A DNA stretch of 64,000 nucleotides, taken from assembly GCA_018818205.1 (NCBI GenBank), contig JAHISJ010000023.1, forward strand, positions 10,600-74,599. Direction: 5' to 3'. Numbering within the stretch: position 1 is the first letter of the stretch; every line of letters begins with the position of its first letter. Shown here one piece after another: positions 30,250 through 39,343 of this stretch. This stretch comes from Patescibacteria group bacterium (lineage in GTDB: Bacteria > Patescibacteriota > JABMPQ01 > JAHIRA01). The notes beneath the pieces are model-generated. The model searched no databases. It was not told the DNA's origin and saw nothing but the letters and a program-made list of their open reading frames with translations. The position numbers and the translations under genes are program-made.

Positions 30250-30296
30250 AATTTCCTCCTTTTGTGAATGAAAAAAAGACCATAAGAATGCGTGTC

Positions 30297-30325
30297 ACCA
30301 TAGCATAAAACCCAGACCACGTCAA
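30297..30325 (-). promoter_or_regulatory. sigma70-type promoter of the 590-aa gene
   Basis: Minus strand TTGACG-17 nt-TATGGT with extended TG. Confidence 0.55.
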
Positions 30326-30350
30326 CCCAAAAAGGACAATATTATGATTC

Positions 30351-30376
30351 GTAGGGGCGTCCCTTGTGGACGCCCT
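30351..30376 (+). repeat. GTAG-family REP copy 3
   Basis: GTAGGGGCGTCCcttgtGGACGCCCT, with a compensatory C-G to T-A change relative to copies 1 and 2. Confidence 0.8.
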
Positions 30377-30497
30377 CTATCCACACCCTCAAAAAATCCA
30401 ATGTAAGGGAATAACAGGCAATCGTGTCTATTTTTTCTTTTATCCAAGCCAAAAAAAAGTATCTCCAAGCTCAAAAGGGTATACGGAAATAAAATAC

Positions 30498-30526
30498 TTG
30501 CATGATTTACAAGAACTTGTTATACT
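30498..30526 (+). promoter_or_regulatory. tuf promoter
   Basis: TTGCAT-17 nt-TATACT with extended TG. Confidence 0.6.
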
Positions 30527-30612
30527 CATGCCTAGTGTTACGCTAGGTTGATTCTAGCGGGACTTAATGTTCAACATAATTTTATCTATCAATAGTATTA
30601 AATCAAAAAAAT

Positions 30613-31803
30613 ATGGCAGAAAAATTCGAACGTACAAAACCCCATCTCAACGTGGGTACCATTGGACACGTTGATCATGGTAAAACTACACTGACTGCGG
30701 CAATCCTTAAAGTTATTGGTGCTTCAGGCGTTGGTAAAGCACAAGATAAAGATGTCAGTCAAATCGATAATGCTCCAGAAGAAAAAGAGCGTGGTATTAC
30801 TATTGCGACTTCTCACTGTGAGTATGAGACAGAGAAGAGACACTATGCACATGTTGACTGCCCAGGACATGCTGATTATGTCAAGAACATGATCACCGGT
30901 GCTGCTCAAATGGACGGTGCTATTTTAGTGGTATCTGCAGCTGATGGCCCTATGCCACAAACACGTGAACACATTCTACTTGCTAAACAAATTGGTGTTC
31001 CCTCAATTGTTGTTTTCTTAAATAAGGTTGATCAGGTTGATGATCCAGAGCTTATTGAGCTAGTTGAAGAAGAAGTACGTGATCTTCTTAAAAAATATGA
31101 ATTCCCAGGTGATGAAATTCCTATCATTAAAGGGTCAGCACTCAAAGCACTTGAGAATCCTTCAGGTGATGATGCAAAGCCTGTTTTAGAACTTCTTGAG
31201 GCACTTGATACCTACATTCCTGAGCCTGAGAGAGATATTGACAAGCCATTCCTTATGCCAATTGAGGACATCTTCTCAATAGAAGGTCGAGGTACAGTGG
31301 TAACCGGTAGAATTGATCGTGGTGTAGTTAACGTTAATGACGAGGTAGAAATTGTCGGTCTGCGCCCAACGCAAAAGACGATTGTTACCGGAATTGAGAT
31401 GTTCAACAAGTCACTCGATGAAGGTAAGGCTGGCGATAACGCTGGTATACTCGTTAGAGGTACTAAAAAAGAAGAAGTTGAGCGTGGACAAGTTCTTGCA
31501 AAGCCAGGGACAATCACTCCTCACTCTGAGTTTGAAGCAGAGGTGTATATTCTTACTAAAGAAGAAGGTGGTAGACATACTGCATTTGCAAAGGGTTACA
31601 AGCCGCAGTTTTACGTCAGAACAACAGACGTAACTGGTGAAGTTGAGCTTCCAGAAGGTACAGAAATGGTTATGCCAGGTGACACTGCAAATCTAAAGGT
31701 TAAGCTGGCAAAAGAAGTTGCCATGGAAGACGGTATGCGCTTTGCTATTCGTGAAGGTGGTAGAACCGTTGGTGCGGGAGTTGTTTTAAAGATCATTAAA
31801 TAA
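30613..31803 (+). CDS. tuf: Elongation factor Tu
   Basis: [17 protein letters not shown] and NKVD motifs. Confidence 0.99.
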   Translation: MAEKFERTKPHLNVGTIGHVDHGKTTLTAAILKVIGASGVGKAQDKDVSQIDNAPEEKERGITIATSHCEYETEKRHYAHVDCPGHADYVKNMITGAAQMDGAILVVSAADGPMPQTREHILLAKQIGVPSIVVFLNKVDQVDDPELIELVEEEVRDLLKKYEFPGDEIPIIKGSALKALENPSGDDAKPVLELLEALDTYIPEPERDIDKPFLMPIEDIFSIEGRGTVVTGRIDRGVVNVNDEVEIVGLRPTQKTIVTGIEMFNKSLDEGKAGDNAGILVRGTKKEEVERGQVLAKPGTITPHSEFEAEVYILTKEEGGRHTAFAKGYKPQFYVRTTDVTGEVELPEGTEMVMPGDTANLKVKLAKEVAMEDGMRFAIREGGRTVGAGVVLKIIK

Positions 31804-31810
31804 TTAAACA

Positions 31811-31846
31811 ATCAAAAGAGGAACGTAACGTACGTTCCTCTTTGAT
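31811..31846. terminator. Strong hairpin between tuf and rpsJ
   Basis: AAAGAGGAACGTA-acg-TACGTTCCTCTTT, a 13-bp stem. Confidence 0.55.
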
Positions 31847-31863
31847 AGTTTTTGCAAACATAC

Positions 31864-32301
31864 ATGGTTAAAGCGAGTACTAAACAAGTGAAGAAAAAAG
31901 TGGAGAAGAAATCAGAGAAGAAATCTGATGCCAAAAAGGCCATTCGAGGCTCTGAGGAGCCTTCAGGCTCTCGAAAAGAGAAAAAGACTCCAGAAGAAAA
32001 GCAACGCATCAGAATAAAGATCAAAGCGTACGATCATAAGCTTATTGATCAATCTGCTGCACAAATTGTTGACACTGCAGAAAGAACAGGTGCACGAGTG
32101 TGTGGTCCTGTGCCGCTTCCGACAGAGAGACACAGAGAGACCGTTATCAGATCTCCCTTTGCTCATAAAGATTCGCGTGAACAGTATGAAATCCGCGTTC
32201 ACAAGCGTTTAGTAGACATTGTTGACTCTAATCAGAAGACAATCGAATCTTTAACAGAGCTAAATCTGCCAGCAGGGGTTGATATTGAAATAAAGATGTA
32301 G
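31864..32301 (+). CDS. rpsJ: 30S ribosomal protein S10 with Lys-rich N-terminal extension
   Basis: [18 protein letters not shown] and [10 protein letters not shown] motifs. Confidence 0.98.
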   Translation: MVKASTKQVKKKVEKKSEKKSDAKKAIRGSEEPSGSRKEKKTPEEKQRIRIKIKAYDHKLIDQSAAQIVDTAERTGARVCGPVPLPTERHRETVIRSPFAHKDSREQYEIRVHKRLVDIVDSNQKTIESLTELNLPAGVDIEIKM

Positions 32302-32303
32302 TA

Positions 32304-32416
32304 TACTGCATTGTTACCCTGTTGAATCTGAATGCAGTAGTATCTGTACTTTCAGATTGGGTCGGGAGCTAAGAGTCCTCCGTAAGACTCATACATATAG
32401 GTCTTACTTTTTATTT
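32304..32416 (+). promoter_or_regulatory. Structured rpsJ-rplC intergenic RNA (attenuator-like)
   Basis: Alternative stems plus GTAAGAC/GTCTTAC followed by TTTTT. Confidence 0.45.
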
Positions 32417-32437
32417 ACACTACCGTTGATTAATCAT

Positions 32438-33067
32438 ATGAAGGCGCTACTAGGTAAAAAAATTGGAATGTCACGAGTCTTTGACCAAAACGGCACCGCA
32501 GTGCCGGTGACGCTTGTTACGGCTGGTCCCTGCACAGTGACTGCCAGAAAGACAAATGATAAGGACGGCTATCTCGCAGTTCAGCTTGCGTATGGCTTAA
32601 AGAAGTCAAAAAAGGGAAAGAAAGAAAGTATCAAAGACTATGCATTTGTAAGAGAATGGAGAACAACACAGGTTGATGAAGCATACGAGCTTGGAAAAGA
32701 AGTCACCGCAGCAGTAATCAATAAAGGTGATCTTGTTACCGTAACCAGTACATCAAAAGGTAAAGGATTTATGGGTGTTGTTAAAAGATATGGGTTCAAG
32801 GGGTCACCAAAGACGCATGGTCACAAGCACGATTTAAGAAAACCGGGATCAATCGGGTGCGCGTTTCCTGAGCATGTTTTGAAGGGTAAAAAGATGGCAG
32901 GCCGGATGGGTGGTGGTACAGTAACAGTGCAAAATTTAGCGGTTATTGATGTAGATCCAGAAAAGAACCTGATAGCACTTAGTGGTTCAATACCAGGAGC
33001 CCGCAATACATATCTCAAACTTATTGTGACAAAGTCTTCAGAAGATAAAGAAGGTAAGAGTAAGTAA
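32438..33067 (+). CDS. rplC: 50S ribosomal protein L3
   Basis: GKKIGM, SKGKGF and KKMAGRMG motifs; ATG 32438. Confidence 0.98.
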   Translation: MKALLGKKIGMSRVFDQNGTAVPVTLVTAGPCTVTARKTNDKDGYLAVQLAYGLKKSKKGKKESIKDYAFVREWRTTQVDEAYELGKEVTAAVINKGDLVTVTSTSKGKGFMGVVKRYGFKGSPKTHGHKHDLRKPGSIGCAFPEHVLKGKKMAGRMGGGTVTVQNLAVIDVDPEKNLIALSGSIPGARNTYLKLIVTKSSEDKEGKSK

Positions 33068-33708
33068 TGTCAAAAGTAACACTTTATAGTCAAGATGGAT
33101 CCAAGCAAAAAGAGGTAGAACTTCCTCCTGAGGTTTTTGAAGTTGCGGTAAAAGAAGAGCTTATCACCCGTGTATTAAATGCTTTTTTGGCAAACAGACG
33201 GGAAGCTATTGCACATACAAAAACACGTTCAGAAAGACGTGGTGGTGGTGCAAAGCCGTGGAAGCAAAAAGGGACCGGTCGTGCGCGTCACGGGTCAAAC
33301 CGTTCTCCGATTTGGAAAAAGGGTGGTGTTACGTTCGGACCAAGAAACGACAGAAATTTTTCAAAGAAGATCAACAAGAAGGAGAAGAAATCAGCATTAC
33401 TTATGACTTTTTCACTTAAGGCACAAGATAAGAACATTCGTGTTCTTGATGATATTAAGTTCGAAGCTGTTAAAACGAAGAAGATGGCAGAAATGCTTAA
33501 GGGGCTTGATCTTTCAGAAAAGAAATCGCTTATTGTTCTTCCTAAAAAAGATGATATAGTTGTAAAATCTGCACGAAACATTCCGATTGCTAAAGTGGCT
33601 ACCGTTGAAACAGTCAATCTGTATGACGTATTGAATGCAGAGGTGTGTGTAATGCCATATGAGTCATGCGCAAAGCTTAAAGAGCGTTTTATTAAGTCAG
33701 AAAAATAA
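33067..33708 (+). CDS. rplD: 50S ribosomal protein L4
   Basis: KPWKQKGTGRARHG. Confidence 0.98.
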   Translation: MSKVTLYSQDGSKQKEVELPPEVFEVAVKEELITRVLNAFLANRREAIAHTKTRSERRGGGAKPWKQKGTGRARHGSNRSPIWKKGGVTFGPRNDRNFSKKINKKEKKSALLMTFSLKAQDKNIRVLDDIKFEAVKTKKMAEMLKGLDLSEKKSLIVLPKKDDIVVKSARNIPIAKVATVETVNLYDVLNAEVCVMPYESCAKLKERFIKSEK

Positions 33709-33713
33709 GCATC

Positions 33714-34127
33714 ATGGGACTTCTAGATACCATTTCAAAAAAGGATAAGAAGACTGCAAAGCCTGTAAAAAAGGCTAAGAAGTCTGCGTCTAAAAAGGCT
33801 ACTTCTAAATCTTCAAAGAAGGTAAAGAAGGTACGTGTACACTCGAGTGCCAATCGAGTGCTTAATAAACCCTTAGTTTCAGAAAAAGCTGCATGTATGG
33901 AAACAGAGGGTAAATATGTATTCAGTGTTGCAAAAGATGCTTCAAAAAGCGATGTAAAGCGAGCAGTTAGTGCTCTTTACAATGTAACACCAGTTAAAGT
34001 AAACGTAGTAAACGTTCTGGGAAACAAGAGTAGAAGTGGACACAAAATGCGTAAATCGAGTACGTACAAGAAGGCGATTGTGACTCTTGCACAGGGTGAA
34101 AAGATTCAATTATACGAAGGAGTATAA
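33714..34127 (+). CDS. rplW: 50S ribosomal protein L23 with Lys-rich N-terminal extension
   Basis: PLVSEKA, YKKAIVTL; operon position. Confidence 0.95.
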   Translation: MGLLDTISKKDKKTAKPVKKAKKSASKKATSKSSKKVKKVRVHSSANRVLNKPLVSEKAACMETEGKYVFSVAKDASKSDVKRAVSALYNVTPVKVNVVNVLGNKSRSGHKMRKSSTYKKAIVTLAQGEKIQLYEGV

Positions 34128-34131
34128 AGCT

Positions 34132-34977
34132 ATGCCAATTAAAACATACAAACCGACAACTCCTGCAAGACGGTATATGTCAAATACTGATTTTTCAGAA
34201 ATCGATAAAAAGAGGCCGGAAAAGAGTCTCGCAAGTAATATCAAGAAGAAGGCAGGAAGAAACAACACAGGGACTATCACAGTCAGAAGACGTGGCGGTG
34301 GATCAAAGAGACAGTATCGTGCAATTGATTTTAAAAGAACACGTTTTGATGAGAAAGCGACAGTTACTTCTATAGAATACGATCCAAACCGAACCTCCTT
34401 TATTATGCTTGTAGAATATCCAGACGGCACTAAGTCATATATTCTTGCACCAAAAGAGTTAGAAAAAGGTGCTACAGTGGTTTCGAGTGATAAGAAAATA
34501 GAGCCGGAAACAGGGAGCAGAATGCCCCTTAAATTTGTCCCGGATGGAAGTTTTGTATACAATATTGAACTGACGCCAAAGTGTGGTGGATGCATTGTGA
34601 GATCAGCAGGTGGGACAGCAACACTCATGGGTAAAGAAGGAGGCTTTGCACAACTCAAGTTGCCGTCAGGAGAAATCAGACTTGTTAAAGATGGTTGTGC
34701 AGCATCAATTGGGCAGCTCAGTAATGTTGTTCATGAGAAAACGGTCATTGGTAAAGCGGGACGTGTTAGACATATGAGAAAGCGTCCGTCAGTGCGTGGT
34801 AAAGCTATGAATCCGGTTGACCATCCACATGGTGGTGGTGAAGGACGTTCACCTATTGGCCTTACTCATCCTAAGACTAAATGGGGAAAACCAGCACTCG
34901 GTGTAAGGACAAGGAAAAAGAACAAGAAGTCAGGTAAGTATATTGTACGCGATAGACGAGCGAATAAGCGTAAATAG
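34132..34977 (+). CDS. rplB: 50S ribosomal protein L2
   Basis: EYDPNR, AMNPVDHPHGGGEG. Confidence 0.99.
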   Translation: MPIKTYKPTTPARRYMSNTDFSEIDKKRPEKSLASNIKKKAGRNNTGTITVRRRGGGSKRQYRAIDFKRTRFDEKATVTSIEYDPNRTSFIMLVEYPDGTKSYILAPKELEKGATVVSSDKKIEPETGSRMPLKFVPDGSFVYNIELTPKCGGCIVRSAGGTATLMGKEGGFAQLKLPSGEIRLVKDGCAASIGQLSNVVHEKTVIGKAGRVRHMRKRPSVRGKAMNPVDHPHGGGEGRSPIGLTHPKTKWGKPALGVRTRKKNKKSGKYIVRDRRANKRK

Positions 34978-34989
34978 CGAATAAAGTTG

Positions 34990-35018
34990 TTGACGGCCCT
35001 TTTTAAAAGGGGTATACT
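34990..35018 (+). promoter_or_regulatory. Internal promoter upstream of rpsS
   Basis: TTGACG-17 nt-TATACT in a 79-bp gap. Confidence 0.65.
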
Positions 35019-35056
35019 ACCAAATTAATTGGATACTAATTTTTTGAAGAACGCTC

Positions 35057-35404
35057 ATGTCACGAAGTCTTAAAAAAGGGTTGTATGTAGATGAAAAGCT
35101 TTTGAAGAAAATTCAAAATCTTAGAGCAGGCGATAAAACCGTTATTAAAACCTGGGCACGTGCATCATCAATTGCACCGGAGATGGTTGGGTTTACTATT
35201 GGTGTTCATAACGGTAGAGATCATATTCCTGTATTTATATCCGAGGATATGGTCGGACATAAGCTTGGTGAATTCTCACCAACAAGAACGTTTAGAGGGC
35301 ACGGTGGTAGAAAAGCTAAAGAAGAGGCAATTGCTGCAGCAACAGCTGAGAAGGCAAAACAGGCACAGGCAGAAACAACACTTTCATCTGATAAAAAAGA
35401 GTAA
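35057..35404 (+). CDS. rpsS: 30S ribosomal protein S19
   Basis: [21 protein letters not shown]. Confidence 0.98.
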   Translation: MSRSLKKGLYVDEKLLKKIQNLRAGDKTVIKTWARASSIAPEMVGFTIGVHNGRDHIPVFISEDMVGHKLGEFSPTRTFRGHGGRKAKEEAIAAATAEKAKQAQAETTLSSDKKE

Positions 35405-35409
35405 ATAGT

Positions 35410-35859
35410 ATGGAATCCAGAGCAATATTAAGACATGCACGAGTAGCACCACGCAAGGCGAGATTAGTCGCAGATTTGGTGCGCGGAAAAGAAGTTGATG
35501 AAGCATTAAAGCAGCTTGCATTTTTGAATAAGAAGAGTGCGTATTTTTTTACAAAGCTGGTAAATTCCGCAGCAGCAAACGCGGTTCATAACCATGATTT
35601 AAACAGATCAAGTCTTAAAGTTTCAACAGTGCTTGTAAATGAAGGCCCAGTTTTCAAAAGGTGGCAGCCACGCGCATTTGGTCGTGCATTCCCGATTTTA
35701 AAGAAGACAAGTCATATTACTATAGGGTTAAGCGGGGAAAAAGTAAGAAAGAAAGTTGAGCAAGAGAAGGAAAAGAAAGCTGTAGAAGGCTCCCGAGGGG
35801 AAGGTACTACTGGAAAAGAAGCACAGAAGAAATCTGTTCGTTCTAAGAAAGATAATTAA
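35410..35859 (+). CDS. rplV: 50S ribosomal protein L22
   Basis: APRKARLVADLVRG, PRAFGRA. Confidence 0.98.
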   Translation: MESRAILRHARVAPRKARLVADLVRGKEVDEALKQLAFLNKKSAYFFTKLVNSAAANAVHNHDLNRSSLKVSTVLVNEGPVFKRWQPRAFGRAFPILKKTSHITIGLSGEKVRKKVEQEKEKKAVEGSRGEGTTGKEAQKKSVRSKKDN

Positions 35860-35871
35860 TAAGGCGCAAAA

Positions 35872-36549
35872 GTGGGACAAAAAGTTAATCCAATAAGTTT
35901 CAGATTAGGTGTACTCAAGGACTGGAGATCAAAGTGGTTTGCGCCAAAGCGAAACTACAGACATCTTCTCAAAAGAGATATTGAGCTCAGGTCTTTTCTA
36001 CGCAAAAGGCTAAAAAATGCTGCTGTGTCTCGTATTGACATTGAGCGGTCTCCCCGCGTGGTATCTATTATTATCTATTCCTCACGTCCCGGTATAATTA
36101 TTGGTAGAGGGGGGTCAGGAATTGAAGAATTAAAAAAGGAAATTTTCACTATTATTCAAGAGAATATTAAGATCGATATTAATATTAAAGAAATAAGACG
36201 TCCAGAGACAGATGCAGCTATTGTTGGATTCCTCATTGCTGAACAGATTGAAAAGCGTATTCCGTTCAGGCGAGTTATTAAGCAGTCACTCGACAGGATT
36301 CAGCAGAACAAAGAGATCCAAGGTGCGCGTATTATGGTTGCAGGTAGACTCGACGGTTCAGAAATGTCCAGACGAGAATGGGTCAGCTTTGGTAAAATTC
36401 CGCTTCATACAATTCGAGCAGATATTGATTTTTCTCAGACTCTTGCACACACTACGTATGGCGTGATTGGTATTAAAGTATGGCTTTATAAAGGTGAAAT
36501 TTTTGAAGAAAAGAAGGCTAAAGAAGAAGTTAAGAATGATAAGGAATAG
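35872..36549 (+). CDS. rpsC: 30S ribosomal protein S3
   Basis: GQKVNP, PLHTIRADID. Confidence 0.98.
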   Translation: MGQKVNPISFRLGVLKDWRSKWFAPKRNYRHLLKRDIELRSFLRKRLKNAAVSRIDIERSPRVVSIIIYSSRPGIIIGRGGSGIEELKKEIFTIIQENIKIDINIKEIRRPETDAAIVGFLIAEQIEKRIPFRRVIKQSLDRIQQNKEIQGARIMVAGRLDGSEMSRREWVSFGKIPLHTIRADIDFSQTLAHTTYGVIGIKVWLYKGEIFEEKKAKEEVKNDKE

Positions 36550-36558
36550 GATACGCAT

Positions 36559-36972
36559 ATGTTGATGCCAAAGAAGGTAAAACACAGAAAGTGGCAAAAG
36601 GGACGCAATAAATTGCGCAACGTTTCTAAAAGTGGAAACGAGCTTGCTTTTGGTACCTATGCTCTTAAATCTTTGGAAAGTAAATGGATTACCTCACGTC
36701 AGATAGAAGCATCAAGGCGTGCTATGACCAGATTTGTGCAACGCGGCGGTAAGATATGGATCCGTATTTTTCCAGACAAGCCTGTGACTCAAAAAGGCGC
36801 AGAAATGCCTATGGGTAAAGGAAAGGGCGCAGTAGACCATTTTGTATTTAATTGTAGACCAGGAAGAATAATTTTTGAAATTGACGGTGTCCCAAGAGAT
36901 GTTGCTGAAGAAGCAATGCAACTTGCAGCACACAAACTTCCGGTCAAGACTAAGTTTATAGAGAAGCAATAA
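36559..36972 (+). CDS. rplP: 50S ribosomal protein L16
   Basis: [17 protein letters not shown]. Confidence 0.98.
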   Translation: MLMPKKVKHRKWQKGRNKLRNVSKSGNELAFGTYALKSLESKWITSRQIEASRRAMTRFVQRGGKIWIRIFPDKPVTQKGAEMPMGKGKGAVDHFVFNCRPGRIIFEIDGVPRDVAEEAMQLAAHKLPVKTKFIEKQ

Positions 36973-37190
36973 TGAAGCTTAAGGAAATTAGAGCAAAGTC
37001 AGTAAGTGATTTGCAGAAACTCTTAGCAGAAAAAAGAGAAACGCTAAGAGATATTCGTTTTAAGGTGTCTCAAAACCAGCATAAGAATTACAATGAGCTG
37101 GGAGTGCTTAAAAGTGATATCGCACAGATTTTAACAGTAATGAAAGAAATGAAGCTTGTAGATGAACTATCTAATAAGGATTCTAAATAG
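36972..37190 (+). CDS. rpmC: 50S ribosomal protein L29
   Basis: Size, operon position and IAQILT motif. Confidence 0.92.
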   Translation: MKLKEIRAKSVSDLQKLLAEKRETLRDIRFKVSQNQHKNYNELGVLKSDIAQILTVMKEMKLVDELSNKDSK

Positions 37191-37192
37191 AG

Positions 37193-37465
37193 ATGAGCAT
37201 GCATAAGTCTACAGAAAAGGTGATAAAAAAACGAATTACCGGTGAGGTTATTAGTGACGGTATGGATAAGACTATTGTTGTTGCAGTAAAAACGTTAAAG
37301 ACCCATCCGCTTTACAAGAAGCGCTACAGATCAACCAGGAAGTACAAGGCTCATGATCCAAAGAATACGTGTAAGGTAGGTGACACAGTAACTATGGTTC
37401 ACTGTCGTCCACTTTCTGCAGAAAAAAGATGGCGTGTAGAATATGATAATAAGGCTAATAAGTAA
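37193..37465 (+). CDS. rpsQ: 30S ribosomal protein S17
   Basis: MDKTIVV, HPLYKK, RPLS-x2-KRW. Confidence 0.97.
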   Translation: MSMHKSTEKVIKKRITGEVISDGMDKTIVVAVKTLKTHPLYKKRYRSTRKYKAHDPKNTCKVGDTVTMVHCRPLSAEKRWRVEYDNKANK

Positions 37466-37467
37466 TC

Positions 37468-37833
37468 ATGATTAGAGAAGAAACAGTTCTCCAAGTTGCA
37501 GACAACTCAGGCGCCAAGAGGGTGCGCTGTATTAAGGTGCTCGGTCCCACGAAAAAAAAGATTGCTCAAATTGGTGATGTTATTACTGTTGTTGTTGCAG
37601 AAGCAGTTCCAGGTGGAGCTTTAAAGAAAAAATCAGTAGAAAAGGCGGTTATTGTGAGGCAAAGAAAAGAGTTTGGTAGAAAAGACGGTTCATTTATTAG
37701 ATTCGATGAGAACGCAGTTGTTATGTTAGATGGAACCGAACCAAGAGGAACTCGTATTTTTGGGCCAGTTGCACGGGAGCTGAGAGCTCGGGGGTATCAA
37801 AAAATCATTTCTCTAGCTCCGGAGGTCATATAG
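37468..37833 (+). CDS. rplN: 50S ribosomal protein L14
   Basis: [19 protein letters not shown]. Confidence 0.98.
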   Translation: MIREETVLQVADNSGAKRVRCIKVLGPTKKKIAQIGDVITVVVAEAVPGGALKKKSVEKAVIVRQRKEFGRKDGSFIRFDENAVVMLDGTEPRGTRIFGPVARELRARGYQKIISLAPEVI

Positions 37834-37843
37834 AAGTAACCAT

Positions 37844-38167
37844 ATGAAGAAGATGAGAATTAAAAAGAATGATCACGTTTTAGTAATTGCAGGTAAAAAC
37901 CGCGGTAAAAAAGGAAAGGTACTTGAAGTACTTCCAGAAAAAAACCGTATTGTTGTTGATAAAGTAAACAAGTCATTCAGAAATGTACGTCCAAAGAAAG
38001 AGGGAGAAAAGGGACAACGCATTGAGTATTTTGCGCCCCTGCATGTATCAAACGTTATGATCATTGATCCCAAGTCAAATAAGCAGACACGAATTGGAAT
38101 TAAGAAGCTTGAAAATGGTGAGAAGGTGCGCGTAAGTAAGAAAACTGGTGAAAATTTAGATAAATAG
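37844..38167 (+). CDS. rplX: 50S ribosomal protein L24
   Basis: KOW motif VIAGKNRGKKG, PLHVSNV. Confidence 0.97.
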   Translation: MKKMRIKKNDHVLVIAGKNRGKKGKVLEVLPEKNRIVVDKVNKSFRNVRPKKEGEKGQRIEYFAPLHVSNVMIIDPKSNKQTRIGIKKLENGEKVRVSKKTGENLDK

Positions 38168-38168
38168 T

Positions 38169-38720
38169 ATGTCAAGACTTAGAAAACAATACAATAAAAC
38201 GGTCGTTAAGGATCTTCAAAAGGAACTATCTATTGCAAATGTGATGTCAGTTCCAAAAATTGAGAAGGTCGTTGTTACTATTGGTACCGGAAAAGCCTTG
38301 AAAGATGCAAAGTTTCTTGATACGATGATTGAAAATTTACGGCGCATTACTGGTCTTCAGCCGGTGAAGACACGTGCAAAAGAATCTATTTCAAATTTTG
38401 GTATTAGAGAAGGAATGACAGTAGGACTTCAAGTAACACTGAGAAAAGAAAAGATGTATGATTTTGTTGATAAGCTTGTTAATATTACCCTTCCTCGCGT
38501 ACGTGATTTTCAGGGTCTAAGCACTTCCTCATTTGATGGTAAGGGCAGCTACACAATTGGTTTTAAAGAGCATGTAGTGTTTCCGGAAATCAAAAGCAGT
38601 GATGTAGCACGTATTCATGGACTTGGCGTGACGATTTCGACAACAGCTTCTTCAAAGGAAGAAACGTATGCACTTCTAAAGGCACTCGGTTTCCCATTTA
38701 AGAAAGAGGATAGAGAATAG
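38169..38720 (+). CDS. rplE: 50S ribosomal protein L5
   Basis: LPRVRDFQG, VFPEI. Confidence 0.98.
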   Translation: MSRLRKQYNKTVVKDLQKELSIANVMSVPKIEKVVVTIGTGKALKDAKFLDTMIENLRRITGLQPVKTRAKESISNFGIREGMTVGLQVTLRKEKMYDFVDKLVNITLPRVRDFQGLSTSSFDGKGSYTIGFKEHVVFPEIKSSDVARIHGLGVTISTTASSKEETYALLKALGFPFKKEDRE

Positions 38721-38732
38721 ATATTAAATTTT

Positions 38733-38918
38733 ATGGCAAGAAAAGCACTTATTGCAAAAGCTAAGAAAACTCCAAAATACTCAACACGCATCGTGAGACG
38801 TTGTTCAGTGTGCGGTAGATCTCGTGCGTATATGAGACGTTTTGGTTTATGCCGGATCTGTTTTAGAGAGCTTGCAAGCAAGGGTGAAGTTCCTGGCGTA
38901 AGAAAATCAAGTTGGTAA
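38733..38918 (+). CDS. rpsN: 30S ribosomal protein S14 (zinc-binding, type Z)
   Basis: RCSVCGR...LCRICFRE; 61 aa. Confidence 0.97.
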   Translation: MARKALIAKAKKTPKYSTRIVRRCSVCGRSRAYMRRFGLCRICFRELASKGEVPGVRKSSW

Positions 38919-38940
38919 ATCACACTATTAATTTTTCATT

Positions 38941-39339
38941 ATGACCGATCCAATCGCTGACATGCTTACAAGAATTCGAAACGCTCAACTCACAAGGAAG
39001 AACGAGGTTTGCATGCCTTATTCAAATCTCAAATTTGAGCTAGCAAAAATTCTGGAAAAGGAAGGATATATTTCTAGCGTAAAAAAGAGGAAAGAAAGAG
39101 AGAGCGTTAGGAAGAACATTATTGTGACGCTCAAAAGAGATGAGGACGGAACAGGAGCTATTAAACATATTGCACGGGTTAGTAAGCCTGGCCAAAGGAT
39201 TTATGTAAAAAGTACAGAAATCCAGAAAGTGCTTCAGGGGCTAGGCATTGCTGTTATATCAACGTCTCAGGGTCTTATGACCTCATATGGAGCAAAGGCA
39301 AGAAAGCTTGGGGGAGAAATAATTTGTAACGTTTGGTAA
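38941..39339 (+). CDS. rpsH: 30S ribosomal protein S8
   Basis: DPIADMLTRIRNA, SKPGQRIY. Confidence 0.98.
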   Translation: MTDPIADMLTRIRNAQLTRKNEVCMPYSNLKFELAKILEKEGYISSVKKRKERESVRKNIIVTLKRDEDGTGAIKHIARVSKPGQRIYVKSTEIQKVLQGLGIAVISTSQGLMTSYGAKARKLGGEIICNVW

Positions 39340-39343
39340 TATC

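Noticed and set aside
25787-30376. Possible CRISPR array from the recurring GC-rich repeats
   Set aside because: Copies are kilobases apart or inverted, there are no regular spacers, and no cas genes are present.
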